A stretch of 64,000 nucleotides of DNA from Mobula hypostoma (GCF_963921235.1 NC_086097.1:194868001-194932000); one strand, 5' to 3'; counted from the stretch's first letter, positions 1 to 13,319 are shown. The notes: generated by a model from the sequence alone, not told the origin. A program made the numbers and translations.

Positions 1-149
1 ATGACCATGTGGCCCATTGGATGAATGCCATCCCCCAAAGAAACAATTCTATTAATTCCATTACTCCATTCCCAATGTCCTTGTTTCTATAATCTTGCAA
101 TTTATTCTTCTACCCAACATGCTCATTAATTCTCCTTTGATTCTTTTAA

Positions 150-310
150 TGCTTAACCATGCTTAAGGGTAATTCATAGCAGCCAATTAATCTAGTGTTA
201 TGGCTTTGGGATGGAACAAGCTGGAGCATCATGAAGAAACATGTGGCCAGAGGGGGAAAAAAAAAATCACCAAGCTCTGCAGAGAAAGCACCCAAAATTC
301 AGGATCATAC
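150..310 (-). mobile_element. Degenerate V-SINE/HE1-like SINE fragment
   Basis: Reverse complement resembles the SINE core at 61008-61150 (gggtgct...gagcttg...tgctccagctt...cccaaag); heavily decayed. Confidence 0.3.
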
Positions 311-951
311 CTTTACATACTCTCGAACAAATAACTTAGATCACTAAAGCAAAAAGTCCAAGGAGTTTTACTTGATTTCTAACCCCTCAATCATGGAACA
401 GTTCCAATAATAAATGATGTACCCCAACAAGAAGTGAGATGTTTAATTGCTTCTTGAATTACTGTTGATGCCACCATAGGGCAGTTGGATCAATCATTCA
501 CTAAAGTTCTGGAATTTAGCAGCAGTGAAAACTGGAAGGAACTCTTTTGCTCTCCCAAGTGCAAGAAAAAATAAATATTTAAAACAAACTGGTCACTCTT
601 CATCCATTAGTCCATCAATGTTTTGGACACAACATTCCTTTGGACTTACAAAAGTACATTAAGGTTGACATAAGTGATAAGCCCAAATCCAAAAGAACTC
701 ATCAAGCCAATTAGCAAACCACTTGACATACATTTGTATATTAATGGTGCCTGAGACTAAGGAAGAATGTGGCTACTATCAACAAACATTCTACAGACAT
801 TAATAGACCTACAGTGTTTACCTTGTACAGATACTGCACATACACTAATAGACCCAACATGCTACAAGATCAGAAAGTGTTAAATTGTCATTTTGACCTT
901 CCAGACATTCATCCAATCTTTAACAAAATTTAATATAACACAAGGTACCAA

Positions 952-1345
952 GGTGAAGATACATCTCTACCAAAGGAGATGTAAGGCACTCCTTCCCTCC
1001 GCTAGCCTGCAGATCACCCTTGAGAAAGGTGTAGCACCTGCTTAGCCTCCTGATCAGGGTCATGTGAAGTCAATGAAGTAGGTGCTATGCCTTTCCTAAG
1101 GATGACCTGCAGGTCATATGAGCAGCTGGTGCATATCACATGTCCTGTTTATGCAACCACTGATGCCAGGCAGACAGCCTCTGGAGAGTGTTGATAATTG
1201 CTGGGGGTCACCTGTCTTGTAAGGACACTGCCCAGAAGAAGGCAATGGCAAACTAGCTCAGCAGAAACATTTGCCAAGAACAATCATGGTCATGGAAAGA
1301 CCATGATTGCCTATGGCATACTACACAGCACATAATGAATGAACA
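952..1345 (+). mobile_element. Short non-autonomous RTE-derived retroposon
   Basis: Blocks 1007-1050 and 1205-1231 match the RTE 5' UTR at 48276-48318 and 48450-48476. It has an RTE-type 3' part (gaagaaggcaatggcaaac...catggaaagaccatg) and an (ATGA)n tail. Confidence 0.55.
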
Positions 1346-1408
1346 AATATAACAAAGTGTATCTAGGGAAAGAAAAAGAATTACTGTATAAATAATATTT
1401 TTAATCTA

Positions 1409-1909
1409 TGTTTATACAACAACAATGGAGCAAGGATCCAATCGCAGACCCAGTACTGTGCACACAGTGATATTAATTGTGTAACAAATCCCAAGGTGCA
1501 AACAAAATCGGTGTCAAGTTTAGGCAGAGATCAAAAACATCCAGAGAAATCCAAGAAAACAGAATTGGGAAACAGGCAAAATCAGTATTCAGACATACAG
1601 AGTACAGATACAAATGCTGGAAAAGCTCAGGAAAATTCACTGGCACAATCTAACAACAAACAGGTGAAAACACAGGACTGAAATACACTGAGTAATAAAC
1701 AGAGAGGCAGATGATAGGTGGAGCACAATGAGACACAGGTGGCAGCAATACAGGTAATAATGAGAAACAGGTAAGAGATAGAGTACTCTGTAATACAGGG
1801 GCTGGAGTAGAGCAGGAGTGGGAACAGGAGCACATGGCAATACAAAACCACAGACTGACAGCTAGGGGAAAACACACAAAAAGACAAAGTTCAACTGCAG
1901 GTACTGACA
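1409..1909 (-). mobile_element. Putative solo LTR
   Basis: Minus strand reads TGTCAGTAC...ATAAACA with a pyrimidine-rich LTR-like body. No TSD found. Confidence 0.35.
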
Positions 1910-2149
1910 GTTTATTAGGTAAAGCACTTATAGATAGAATTGCAAAGATGCTTCAATATAACTACCATAAATATTAATAAAAGCTTTGAAGAATTGTATT
2001 TGTTAAATTGTAGAAAGATGTGACAAACAGGCTAAAGCTTTAATTGTAACAGTGGAAGGTCATTATCCCTCTGCTCGAATCAAATCTTGAGAAGTACTGC
2101 AAATTCCTTTTGAATCAGTAAAACCTTTGAAGATCAGAGATGTTTGAAG

Positions 2150-4724
2150 TCACACTCATCTCAATAATAAGCAAATACTTTGAAAGGCTGGTCAAGGATC
2201 TCACTGCAGCATGCTCCCACCCAAGATGGATCCCCTATACTTTGCTTACTGGCACAACCAATCGACAGATGATGCAATAGCCACTGCTCTACATACCGTC
2301 CTTACACATCTGGAGAGCAAGAATGCTTATGTGAGAATGCTGTTCTTGGACTACCGTTCAGCATTCAACACCATAATTCCATCCAGGCTCAACAGGAAGC
2401 ACAGAGGCATTGGTCTTGACCCTGCCTTGTGCAGCTGGATCCTGGACTTCGTGTCAGATCGCCAGCAGGTTGTAAGAGTGGGCTCCTTCACCTCCAACCC
2501 CCGACTCTCAATATAAGAGCCCCTCAGGGCTGCGTAATGAGTCCCCTCCTTTACTCCCTGTCAAGGATGAGGCTACAGAGTACCTGGAGGCATATGACAA
2601 GATAGGCAGAACTCAGCATGGATTCCTTAAAGGAAAATCCTGCCTGACAAACCTATTACAATTTTTTGAGGAAATTACCAGTAGGCTAGACAAGGGAGAT
2701 GTAGTGGATGTTGTATATTTGGATTTTCAGAAGGCGTTTGACAAAGTGCCACACATGAGGCTACTTAACAAGATAAGAGCCCATGGAATTATGAGAAAGT
2801 TACATACGTGGATAAAGCGTTGGCTGATTGGCAGGAAACAGAGAGTGGGAATATAGGGATTCTATTCTGGTTGGCTGCCTGTTATCAGTAGTGTTCCACA
2901 GGGGTCCAAGTTGGGTCCACTTCGTTTTACGTTGTACATCAACGATTTGGATTATGGAATAGATGGCTTTGTAGCTAAGTTTGCTGATGATGTGAAGATA
3001 GGTGGAGGGGCCGGTAGTGCTGAGGAAACGGAAAGTCTGCAGAGAGACCTGGATAGATTGGAAGAATGGGTAGAGAAGTGGCAAATGAAGTACAACGTTG
3101 GAAAGTGTATGGTTATGCACTTTGGCAGAAGTAATAAACTGGCAGACTATTATTTAAATGGAGAAAGAATTCAAAGTTCTGAGATGAACGGGACTTGGGA
3201 GTCCTCGTACAGGATACCCTTAAGGTTAACCTCCAGAGTGAGTCAGTAGTGAAGAAGGCAAATGCAATGTTGGCATCCATTTCTAGAGGAATAGAGTATA
3301 GGAGCAGGGATGTGATGTTGAGGCTCTATAAGGCACTGGTGAGACCTCACTTGGAGTACTGTGGGCAGTTTTGGTCTCCTTATTTAAGAAAGGATGTGCT
3401 GATGTTGGAGAGGGTACAGAGAAGATTCACTAGAATAATTCTGGGAGTGAGAGGGCTAACATATGAGGAACGTTTGTCTGCTGTTGGACTGTATTCCTTG
3501 GAGTTTGGAAGAATGAGGGGAGACCTCTTAGAAACATTTCGAATGTTGAAAGGCATGGACAGAGTGGATGTGGCAAAGTTGTTTCCCATGATGGGGGAGT
3601 CTAGTACGAGAGGGCATGACTTAAGGATTGAAGGGCGCCCATTCAGAACAGAAATGTGAAGAAATTTTTTTAGTCAGAGGGTGGTGATTCTATGGAATTT
3701 GTTGCCACGGGCAGCAGTGGAGGCCAAGTCATTGGGTGTATTTAAGGCATAGATTGATAGGTATCTGAGTAGCCAGGGCATCAAAGGTTATGATGAGAAG
3801 GCGGGGAAGTGGGACTAAATGGGAGAATGGATCAGCTCATGATAAAATGGCAGAGCAGACGCGATGGGCCAAATGGCTGACTTCTGCTCCTTTGTATTGT
3901 GGTCTTATGGTTTATACCCATGACTGTATCACCACCCACAGCTCCAATCTGCTAATTAAATTTGCCGACGACACTACATTGATTGGCCATACCTCAAACA
4001 ATAATGAAGTGGCCTACAGGGAGGAATTCATCTCTTTGACACAGAGGTGACAAGAAAACAACCTCTCCCTCAATGTCGCAAAAACATAGGAGCAGGTTGT
4101 GGATTACAGGAGGAATAGAGTCGGGCTAACCCCCACTGACATCAATGGATCTGGGGTTGAAAGAGTGAACAGCTTTAAGTTGCTCAGCATCCACATCACC
4201 GAGGACCTCACGTGGTCTGTACAGACCAGATGCGTGGTGAAAAACGTACAACAGCACTTCTTTCACCTCAGACGGTTGAGGAAGTTTGGTATGGGCCCCC
4301 AAATCCTAATGACTTTCTACAGAGGAACAATTGAGAGCATCCTGACCAGCTGCACCATTGCTTGGTATGGGGACTGTACATCGCTCAATCGCCAGACTCT
4401 TCAGAGGGTGGTGTGGACGGCACAGTGCATCTGTAGTTGTGTACTTCCCATGATTCAGGACGTTTACAAAGACAGGTGTGAAAAAAGGGCCCGTAGGATC
4501 ATTGGAGACCTGAGTCGCCCCAACCACAATTTATTCCAGCTGCTATTATCCGGGAAATGGTACCGCAGCATAAAAGCCAGGACCAACAGGCTTGGGGACT
4601 CTATTTATTATAAATTACTATGATTGCTCATTTAGACGGAGGCAGAACATAAAGATTTTTACTCCTCATGTACGTGAAAGATGTAAGAAATAAAGACAAT
4701 TCAAGTCAATTCAATTCAATTCAA
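2150..4724 (+). mobile_element. Rex1/Babar LINE (family A), 5'-truncated, split by a CR1 at 2561-3910
   Basis: RT peptides DPLYFAY..STDDAI..VRMLFLDYRSAFNTIIP, then YTHDC..KFADDTTLIG after the CR1; (TCAAT)n tail at 4698-4724. Confidence 0.85.
2561..3910 (+). mobile_element. CR1 LINE 3' part (RT pseudogene plus 3' UTR)
   Basis: YINDLD..AKFADD and LYKALVRPHLEYC peptides; 3' UTR ending ggtcttatgg. Confidence 0.9.
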
Positions 4725-4725
4725 T

Positions 4726-6762
4726 TATTCAATGTTCCAAATAAGAACAAATATTCAAAGGGATGAAGCACACTACCGTGGCTAACAAGTGAAGTTGGAG
4801 CCAAAGCAAAAGCAAAAGAGAGGGCATAAAAGGAAGCCAGAGCTAGTGGGAAGATAGAGGATTGGGGAACTTTTAAAAACTTGCAGAAGGAAATTAAGAA
4901 GGTCATTCCGAAGGAAAAGATGAATTATGAGAGGAAGCTGATGACTACTATCAAAGAATATACTAAAAGCTTTTTTATGTATGTAAAGGGTAAAAAAGAG
5001 TCAAAGGTAGATATAGGACCAATACAAAATGACACTGGAGATATTGCAATGAGAGATGCAGAGATGGCAGAGGAACTGAATGCGTATTTTGCGTCAGTCT
5101 TCACAGTGGAAGATGTCTGCAGTATACCAGACATTCAAGAGAGTCAGGGAAGTGAAGATTGTGCAGTGAAAATTACGACTGAGAATGTGCTCACGAAGCT
5201 TAATGGTCTGAGGGTGGATAAATCTCCTGGACCTGATAGAATGCACCCACGGATTCTGAAGAAAGTAGCTGGATAGATTCTGGCATTGTACTGGATTTCT
5301 GGAAAATTCCAAATGTTACTCTGCTATTTAAGAAGGGTAGGAGGCAGCAGAAAGGAAACTATAGACCTGTTAGCCCGACATCAGTGGTTGTTGGGAAGTT
5401 GTTGGAATTGATGGTTAGGGATGAGATTACAGAGTACCTGGAGTAACATGACAAGATAGGCCAAAGCCAGCATGGTTTCTTGAAAGGAAAATCCTGCCTG
5501 ACAAACCTACTGCAATTCTTAGAGGAAATTACAAGCAGGGTAGACAAAGGAGATGTAATAGACGTGGTGCACTTGGATTTTCAGAAGGTCTTTGACAAGG
5601 TGCCGCACATGAGGCTGCTTAGCAAGATAGAGCCCATGCAATTACAAGGGAGTTACTAGAATGGGTGGAGCATTGGCTGGTCGGCAGAAAACAGAGAGTG
5701 GGAATAAAGGGGTCCTATTCTGGCTGGCTGCTGGTTACCAGTGGAGTTCCACAGGGGTCGGTGTTGGGACCGCTGCTTTTTACGATGTATGACAATGATT
5801 TGGACTATGGGATTAATGGATTTGTGGCTAAATTTGCCGATGATACAAAGATAGGTGGAGAAGCAGGTAGTGTTGAGGAAACAGAGAGCCTGCAGAGAGA
5901 CTTAGTGAGTTTAGAGGAATGAGCAAAGGAGTGGTAAATGAAATACAATGTTGGAAAGTGTATGGTCATACACTTTGGTGGAAGATATAAATGAGCAAAC
6001 TGTTATTTCAATGGGGAGAGAATTCAAAATGCACGGATGCAAGGGACTTGGGAATCCTTGTGCAAGGTACCCTAAAGGTTAACCTCCAGTTTGAGTCAGT
6101 GGTGAAGAAGGCAAATGCAATGTTGGCATTTATTTCTGGAGGTATAGAATATAAGAGCAGGGATGTGACATTGAGGCTGTATAAGGCATTTGTGAGAAAA
6201 CACTTGGAGTATTGTGTGAAGTTTTGGGCTCCTTATTTTAGAATGGATATACTGACATTGGAGAGGGTTCAGAGAAGATTCACAAGAATGATTCCAGGAA
6301 TGAAAGGGTTACTGTATGAGGAACGTCAGGTAGCTCTTGGGCTGTATTCCCTAAAGTTCAGGAGAATGAGGGGGAATCTCATAGAAACATTCCAAATGTT
6401 AAAAGGCCTGAACAGATTAGATATGGCAAAGTTATTTCCCATGGTAGGAGATTTTAGGACAAGAGGGCACGACTTCAGGATTGAAGGACGTCCATTTAGA
6501 ACAGCGATTCAGAGAACTTACTTTAGTCAGAGGGTAGTAAATCTGTGGAATTTGTTGCCATGAGCAGCTGTGGAGGCCAAGTCATTGGGTGTATTTAAGG
6601 CAGAGATAGGTTCTTGATTAGCCATGGCATCAAAGGGTATGGGGAGAAGGCAAGGGAGTGGGGATGATTGGAAGAATTGGATCCGCCCATGATTGAATGA
6701 CGGAGCCAACACGATGGGCTGAATGGCCTACTTCTGCTCCTGTATCTTATGGTCTTATGGTC
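4726..6762 (+). mobile_element. CR1 LINE, 5'-truncated, frameshifted ORF2
   Basis: KSPGPDRMHPRILK, GVPQGSVLGPLLF and KFADDTKIG peptides; (TCTTATGG)n tail. Confidence 0.9.
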
Positions 6763-6970
6763 AATTTGATACAATGTATCCAAAAAATGTTATTCATTTT
6801 CCTGGTTTGGTAAATGCTACCTTATCTAACATGAATTTATTTAAGCTGTACGTTTTACTATTCTCTTGGGTCTCGCAATTTTCTAAAGGTGCAAATTGGA
6901 AATAAAAGCATTAGGCCATAAAAATGGTTTCCCCATAAAAATACTTTCCCCATTACCACTCCTATCCTAC

Positions 6971-7161
6971 CTGTGCATTACACAAAATTATTAAATCAAA
7001 TATGTCCATCCAAAAATAGATGACTCCAAGCAATAATGAACACAAAGGTACTCTGGGGGGAGTCTTTTCCAAACAAATGGAAGTGTCCAAGTTTACAGCC
7101 TCTTTTAGCTGTAGTCTTTCCACAGGTTTCATATCAACTGATGAGGTGGAAATGACCACAA
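6971..7161 (-). CDS. Candidate internal exon of an unidentified host gene
   Basis: Acceptor ggttctcttctag|, donor CAG|gtagga and an open frame (VVISTSSVDMKPVERLQ...CNAQ) in non-repeat DNA. Protein not recognised. Confidence 0.2.
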
Positions 7162-7519
7162 CTAGAAGAGAACCAATGTGTGTTGTCAAATATGTTTGCT
7201 TCATATTTTCATTGATTCATACAACATTATAGTACAGGGCCAATACCCTTCAGGTTATTATTTAAACTAATTTGGCAAGCTATAGTTTTAGAATTAAAGA
7301 GTAGAAATCAAGTGCACAGAAGACTCGAAGAGAAAATTAGAAATATTGCAGAATTAAGTGAGATTATAGAAAATATCAATAGGTCGAGTCTGTACACAAA
7401 GTACATTCTACAAAGCTAGTTAAAGGGACATTATTGACAGGTAGCTGAAGGGAATGAGGCATCGTGGTCCAGAAGCCGGAACAATGAATCAGTGATGTGT
7501 TTGAAATCCACAGCGAGTC

Positions 7520-8527
7520 TGTTCAACAATTCCATTATGCTGATTTATTGTTCCTCTGAACCTCATTATCCTGTCTTCTCCTCATAACTTTTAATGCCAT
7601 TACTAATCAACCTGTCAATCTCAGCTTTAAATATACTCAATGACTTGGCCTCCACAGCTGTCTGTAACAATGAATTCCACAGATGCACCACCCTCTGGCT
7701 AAAGAAATTCCTCCTGATCTCTATTCTAAATGGATTTTTCTCCATTCTGAGGCTGTGTCCTCTGATCCTAGACTCACTCACTATAGTCAACATTCTCTCT
7801 ACATCCACTCTATCTAGGTCTTACAATATTCAATAGGTTTCAATGAGATTTCCCCCTCCCCCCACCTTATTTCTCTGAACTCCAGAGAATACACGCCCAA
7901 AGACATCAAATGCTCCTCATATGTTAATCCTTTCATTCCCAGAATCATTCTCCTGAACGTCCTTTGGACCCTCTCCAATGCCAACACATCTTTTCTAAGA
8001 TAAGGGGACCAAAACTGCTCACAAAACTCTGGAAGTGCAAACTGACCAATGCCTTATAAAACCTCAGCATTACTCCTTGCTCTTATATAACAGCATTTGC
8101 CCTCATCACTGACTCAATCTGCAAATTAACCTTCAGGAGATCCTACATGAGGAATGCCAAGTCCCTTTGCACTTCAGATTTTTGAATTTTCTCCCTGTTT
8201 AGAAAACAGTCTGTGGCTTTATTCCTTCTACCAATGCGCATGACCTTGCACTTCCTTGTACTATATTCCAGCTGCCACTTTTTTGCCCATTCTCCTATCC
8301 TATCCAAGTCCTTCTGTAGACTCCCTTCTTCCTTAACACTACCCACCCCTCCATCTATCATCATATTGTCCACAAAGTCATCAATTCCATCATCCAAATC
8401 ATTGACATATAATGTGAGAAGAAGTGGTCCCAACACTGGCCCTTGCAGAATACCACCAGACATTGGTAGCCAACCAGAAAAGGCCGCCTTTATTCCCATT
8501 CTTTGCCTCCTACCAGTCAGCCAATCT
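7520..8527 (-). mobile_element. CR1 LINE 3' part
   Basis: Minus ORFs GILQGPVLGPLLLTLYVNDLDD and RGHSLRMEKNPFRIEIRRNFFSQRVV. Confidence 0.85.
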
Positions 8528-8529
8528 TC

Positions 8530-9400
8530 TCAAGGACTGGTGTTCCAAGACACTTAGTCAATGACATTGGACAAAAATTTGCTGTGGAACAATTGCAGTC
8601 AATCCTTAAAATGAATGGTGTAAGATATAGTACATCACCACCTTACCATCCAGAAACAAATGGCTTGTCGGAAGTGTTTGTCCAGAGTCTAAAGAACACA
8701 CTTCAAGCAATGTCAGCAGAGCACACTACACTAATAATGAACCAGAAGCTCACCAATTTTCTCCTTGCATATCACAATGCAGCACACTCCACAACCAACA
8801 ACTCACCAGATATGCTGTTCCTGGGTCATCCCTTGCGCTCAGGTTTGGATCTCCTCAAACCCAATCTTAGAAGGAGTATGCAGGTCAAACAGCAGAGACA
8901 AATTGAGGGCTCCTCAAACAAGGAGGTTTGATGTTTCACTCCTGGACAAGTAGACCCAGCAAGGGACTACAGAGATGATTAAAAGTAGGTACTTGGAAAG
9001 ATTAAAGACAGAACTGGACCACTCTCTTCTACACTAGAGATTGTGTCTGATGTCATTTGGAGACAACACATTGATTAGTTGAGGAGGAGGACCCAAAACC
9101 TGAAGATATTCTCTCACAGGAGTAAGAAATTCTCCACAGCAGTTAAAACTTTAAGATTGAATGGGACAGTTTAAAAGTTACTATGCTATTGACATCTATA
9201 AAGAAGTTGTATTATATAGTGTACTGTGTAAATACTATGTAAGAATACTAGAGAGCAATATGTTACCTATTGAGATGAATTCTGTTTAGAGTTGGAGTTT
9301 ATATCTAAGCAGGGAGAAGTGTACCATATGTAATATTTTAGTAATAATGTAAATATATTTAAATATAAGTTACAAAACATAACATGCCACTGTTGCATCA
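8530..9400 (+). mobile_element. Gypsy-type integrase fragment with PPT and decayed 3' LTR start
   Basis: GVPRHLVNDIGQKF..SPPYHPETNGLSEVFVQSLK (integrase D/E region); purine tract aagcagggagaag followed by TGT at about 9307-9322. Confidence 0.75.
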
Positions 9401-9404
9401 TCCT

Positions 9405-9580
9405 CCCTTTGGAAAGTTCTTCATCTTTGGGATGTATTTATCCTGCATCTTCCAAATTGCTCCCAGAAACTCCAGCCATTGCAGTTCTGCCATCTTCCCT
9501 GCTAATGTTCCCTTCAAATCAACTTTGGCTTGCTCCTCTCTCATGCTTCTGTAATTCCCTTTATTCCACTGTAAGTACTA
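9405..9580 (-). mobile_element. CR1 ORF2 endonuclease-RT linker fragment
   Basis: Translates to WNKGNYRSMREEQAKVDLKG..QWLEFLGAIWKMQDKYIP, comparable to the linker at 24580-24730. Confidence 0.6.
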
Positions 9581-10745
9581 TAGTTAAGCCAATCCCTGAA
9601 TTCACACACCCCTGAAGAATGCACTGAAATGTAACTCATCTGCTTATAACTAACAAGTACACGATTGACTAGCTAGCTTTTCCATTGAAAACCATGGAAG
9701 CTAGCTCCAATGAGCATGATAACACAATGTGGGATTCTGCACCTGCCCACTTCAGCACAGAGCATGCAACACCCCCCAGTCAGGCATACACCCACCTGCT
9801 TGTCCACTCAGCCCTGGATCCAGTGGCTTTCCAGTCGTTATAGCACTGAGGATATATTTCATCTGTGCACTTCAGTGTTACACAGGCCAAGGTTGACATA
9901 TACAATGTTGTGGCATTCTCTTGAAGGTATGACAGATTCTTATCAGGAAACCTCTGATTTCTTCTCCTTTATTTAACTGAACTCAGAGTAACTGAGTCAG
10001 AGTCATATAGGATTAAAACAGATCCTTCAATCCAACTCATTCCAAAGGACTGGAAAATTCCTAATGTACATTCTTCACACTGATGCTTTCCAGCTTAAGT
10101 CTGCATATTTGTCAATGGCCTCAGCAAGAAATATGTTGAAAATTAATAGTATGTTCGAACTTATCTTTTAGCTGAGACTGGCAAACAATTTGATGTATCA
10201 CTTTTCCTATCTGTTTCAGCACTGACCTCTTCTGCTACAATGTTAACCATGTGTAAAAATAACTCAGCTTTGCTCTATCCACAGATATTGCCTAATCTAT
10301 TTCCAGCATTTTTCTTTTGCTTTCTGGTTTCAGTAAAAATTCTAATCTGTATCTTACAGTTTTAACAAGACCCTTTTTTACTATTTCTATCTAACTTCTC
10401 TCATTGATCTAGTAAACAGACAGCTCTTTGAACATCCAAGTAACCTCGATAACACAGGGCTCACTCTATCAGAGATATTCCCTTTCTCCAATCCATCTAT
10501 CCTCCAAATTGTCTGCAAATTAAAATTAATTTGATTTCCCTCGTTCCGAGTTCTGACAGGTCTTCAACCTGAAATATTTACTATGTCCCAATCCAACATT
10601 GCAGCCTGATCTGCTGAGAGTTTCCAGCATTTTCTGTTGTTATTCCAGTTTCTTCTGTCTTTGCAGTGAATTGAAAAGCAACTGCTTTTTTTTTATTAAT
10701 GACAGTCTCTGCATTTCACATTACATCTAATCCTTTTTACTGAAG

Positions 10746-10902
10746 GTTGGTCTTCAGCCATCAATTGCATCAGCCTCCTGTGGTGTGGTGCGTCTCCAGA
10801 AGCAGCAAAACCACTGCTCACCTGCCCCCTCTGGCTGCAATCTTTTAACTATAGCTGGTTTACTTGATCCTCAGCCAAGAGTGCCTCAGGCCACAGCTTC
10901 TG
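10746..10902 (+). CDS. Candidate internal exon of an unidentified host gene
   Basis: Branch-like ctaat, acceptor cctttttactgaag|, donor CTG|gtaaat and an open frame VGLQPSIASASCGVVRLQ...QATAS. Protein not recognised. Confidence 0.18.
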
Positions 10903-11079
10903 GTAAATTAGCTTATACATTTCCATTCAAATTAGCACAGAAACTTATATCTCCTGTTGGACTGCAAACACTGATGAACACTCACAGAAACCTTATTTTT
11001 CCCATCATTAGAAATTCAGAGCCCTATTTTTCTTTAAGGATTAACAGCTGCTCTATTTGCATTGTTGTTTCTCCTTTTA

Positions 11080-11726
11080 CTGTCTTGTTATATTTCGAAA
11101 GAGCAGGGAAGTTATGCTGCGACTGTACAGGGTACTGGTGAGGCCACGACTGGAGCTCTGCATGCTATTCTGGTCTCCTTGCTTGAAGAAGGATATATTG
11201 GCTTTGGAGGTGGTGCGGAGGTGGTGCAGAGGAGGTTCGCCAGGTTGATTCCAGATATGAGGGGGGTTAGACTATGAGGAGAGATTGAGTTGCCTGGGAC
11301 TGTATAGATGGAAATCAGAGGAATGGGAGGAGACTTTACAGAAACATATAAAATTATGAAAGGGATAGATAAGATAGAGGCAGGGAAGTTGTTTCCACTG
11401 GTAGGTGAGACTAGAACTAAGGGAAATAGCCTCAAGATTCGGGGGAGTAGATTTAGGATGGAGATGAGGAGGAACTGCTTTTCCCAGATAGTGGTGACTC
11501 TATAGAATTCTCTGCCCAATGAAGCAGTGGAGGCTACCTCAGTAAATATATTTAAGACCAGTTTGGATAGATTTTTGCATAGTAGGGGAATTAAGGGTTA
11601 TGGAGAAAAGGCAGGTAGGTGGAGATGAGTCCATGGCCAGATCAGCCATGATCTTATTGAATGACAGAGCAGGCTCGATGGGCTAGATGGCCTACTCCTG
11701 CTCCTACTTCTTATGTTCTTATGTTC
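11080..11726 (+). mobile_element. CR1 LINE 3' fragment
   Basis: LYRVLVRPRLELC and ETYKIMKGIDK peptides; (TTCTTATG)n tail. Confidence 0.85.
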
Positions 11727-13319
11727 AAAACTGATGTTAGTGACTCATCTCCTATTGCAAAGTATTTCCTCAATAAACAGCAATACTTGGGAGGGAGCAG
11801 AAATATTGTTTGGGAGTCTGTAGTGTTTGGGTCCTGGTAGCAGAAAGGGCTCATTTCAGATTGGTGGAGTTCCACAGATCAAAGGGCTGAGGAAAGGTGA
11901 ATGTTCAAAAGGCTAGGAAGAAGGACAAAGCTTTCTGTCAAGGAGTCTGGGGAAAAGAACTAAAGATCTTACTGGCCAACAGGGAAATTAAGGATCCAAC
12001 ATCTCCCATCTCTGACTCCTAGGAAGATTAATCAGTATGCTAATTTCAAATTCAGCTCTCAATCTCACTGTAATATTATTCAGTATGCCATCTCCATGAC
12101 AGATGCCAAGATGCTCTGATATCTCTCTGACATTGTCTAAAAACTAATGCAAAATGCTTATGATGTTAGATGAAGTCAGGACGTATCAAATTTATTTGTT
12201 AATATCCTAATCTTATCTCACCCAGAATCATTAGGACAACATCGAGTTGGTATTGTGATAGCAGGGAACATTTACTGCAAAACACCAGCGATGTTTTGTC
12301 TCTGGAGTACAGTATCTTAATATGCTTTGTGAATTACTCTGGAATATCTTAATGTGCTTTGTGTTTACTAAAGGGCACATGACATTTAATAAGGAGTTGT
12401 AAGTAATGTTTCAAACCTTAATTTCATAGGATTAACAAACTGACTAATTACAAATAACGTTAATGTCCCTATAGCATCTAATTGGAAAGACAAACGACAC
12501 TTGCACATAAAAGTATATAAATAATTATTAATATGTCACTGTTTATTTAATACTCCCTTCCTTGTTTGTGATTTGTTCTTATTTGTTGCATGGAACTTTG
12601 TTAGCTTTTTTTTTGAAGGTGGAGGGGGTGTTGTTGAAATGGTTACGAGTGATTTTGGGTAATTCACAAAATTAGCATACTCGATAATTAATGTAAATAA
12701 GTAGCATGCTGTCGGGGAAAGAATAGTTAAGGCTAACACCTAGTAAATATGGATGTGGATTATGCTAATGTGGTTACAGGGAATGGCAGACAAAAATAGA
12801 GATATGGAGTGCAGCAGCAACCAGACCAAATTTCGGGGTTATAATGTGTAATGTTGGAATAAAAAATGGATTTGCTATTAGAGCTGTGGATAATAATTTT
12901 ATGCTGAACTGACAGAGTCTGCTACTTAATTAAGTCTTTCTGTAGCCACCAATCTGTTATCAAAATGTAGTTTTACAGGTAATCTCATCAATTTAAGAAT
13001 GTAAAAGCTGTACCAAATTCATGCTGAGGTAGATCAGCTTGAGCTGGACTTCTACTACACACTATTTTTAATAAAGTGCCTATTATTTCAAACATCAACT
13101 GCATGCGATCTTTCTCCTTGCTCCTCCACAACACAACCAAGACACCATTTCTTCAATACGGCATGGAAGTTCAAAGCTGGGCACAAAACACAGAATGAAA
13201 CTGTCCTCGTGTTTGCTTTATTTAATACTCCCTTCCTTGTCCATCTTTCTTGTCCTGAGTGCTGGACAATTCCTCAGAAGCAGTGGAATCTCAGATCACA
13301 CCATTAATGGAAACATTGA

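Noticed and set aside
12566..12900. Possible mitochondrial insertion (G/T-skewed plus strand)
   Set aside because: No translation resembled a mitochondrial protein or tRNA that I could recognise.
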